36,551 nucleotides of DNA from a virus (lineage: Duplodnaviria; Caudoviricetes). Where the stretch lies: the IMG/VR virus record IMGVR_UViG_3300012953_000006, positions 1-36,551 of that record; one strand, written 5' to 3'. The notes under the pieces are model-generated. The model saw only the letters and a program-made list of their open reading frames with translations, had not been told where the DNA came from and made no database searches. Below, in pieces: positions 35,958 to 36,551 of this stretch. How positions within the stretch are numbered: position 1 is the stretch's first letter; each line of letters begins with the position of its first letter. Position numbers and translations under genes: made by a program.

Positions 35958-36551
35958 ATGAGTACAGAACGAGTAGAAATAAATCCAGATAGTAATAATA
36001 AATCACTAGAACAATCTCAGGAAGATTTAGCCAAACAAGGTATAAATACAAATGAGGGTGTTGTTAATAATAATGGTGAAAGTGTAAATATTTCTGAACC
36101 AGAAAATACTTCACAATCTTCAGAAGATAAATCTTATGAAAATGAAGCAAGACCTGATTGGTTGCCTGAGAAGTTTAAGTCTGCTGAAGAATTAGCAAAA
36201 GCATATGGTGAACTTGAAAAGAAAATGTCAGCACCACAAGAAGAACAAACTACTGAACCAGTAGAAGAAACTGCTTCACCAGAAGAAGTTAAACAGCTTG
36301 ATAAATATTATGATGAATTTATTGAAAAAAATGAATTATCAGAAAAAAGTTATGAAGAACTAGACGCTTTGGGTTTACCTAAAGATTTAGTTGATGGTTA
36401 TATTGCAGGTCAAAAAGCACTTGCAGACAATGATGTATCTGAAGTTCAGAAAGTTGTTGGTGGAAAAGATAACTATTCACAACTATTAGACTGGTCTTCT
36501 AAAAATCTTTCACAAGCAGAAAAAGACGCTTTCAATAATACAATAGATAAT
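35958..36551 (+). CDS. Scaffolding protein, 5' part (about 274 aa once joined to 1-354)
   Basis: AAGGAG RBS; acidic; RPDWLPEKFKSAEELAKAYGELEKK; open to the window end. Confidence 0.9.
   Translation, partial: MSTERVEINPDSNNKSLEQSQEDLAKQGINTNEGVVNNNGESVNISEPENTSQSSEDKSYENEARPDWLPEKFKSAEELAKAYGELEKKMSAPQEEQTTEPVEETASPEEVKQLDKYYDEFIEKNELSEKSYEELDALGLPKDLVDGYIAGQKALADNDVSEVQKVVGGKDNYSQLLDWSSKNLSQAEKDAFNNTIDN
36429..36551. repeat. Terminal direct overlap, copy 2
   Basis: Identical to 1-123. Confidence 0.95.

Larger units (their letters stand above)
1..36551 (+). mobile_element. Complete temperate T7-like podophage genome (pelagiphage-like), circularly permuted
   Basis: Full T7-like core gene set on one strand, integrase plus attP, and a terminal overlap joining the two halves of the scaffold gene in frame. 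Confidence 0.93.

Noticed and set aside
36429-36551. 123-bp terminal repeat as the biological DTR
   Set aside because: It falls mid-scaffold gene, as expected for assembler overlap; T7-like termini are expected after the terminase region

Overview
The window is an apparently complete, circularly permuted genome of an AT-rich T7-like podophage (Autographiviridae-type). It is 36,428 bp unique, since bases 1-123 are repeated at 36429-36551. Gene order, composition and an integrase/tRNA-Leu/attP block resemble temperate SAR11 (Pelagibacter) HTVC019P-like phages; the host is inferred, not shown. All credible genes are on the + strand: portal, scaffold, capsid, tail, internal virion proteins, three receptor-binding proteins, terminase, a probable physical genome end (~19955-20250), early genes, a wHTH regulator, tyrosine integrase, tRNA-Leu(TAG), attP, RNA polymerase, SSB, endonuclease, amidase, primase-helicase, DNA polymerase and exonuclease. 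The most notable points are: (1) the T7-type RNA polymerase is split into two translationally coupled genes; (2) attP is readable by eye, with an anticodon-loop core, inverted arm repeats and a full replacement tRNA beside it; (3) there is a recurrent operator-like motif and a set of candidate phage promoters; (4) a probable overprinted ORF lies inside the DNA polymerase gene; (5) there are clusters of unannotated Lys-rich micro-ORFs; (6) several restriction/methylation motifs appear to be avoided genome-wide. All calls are by eye, without database searches.
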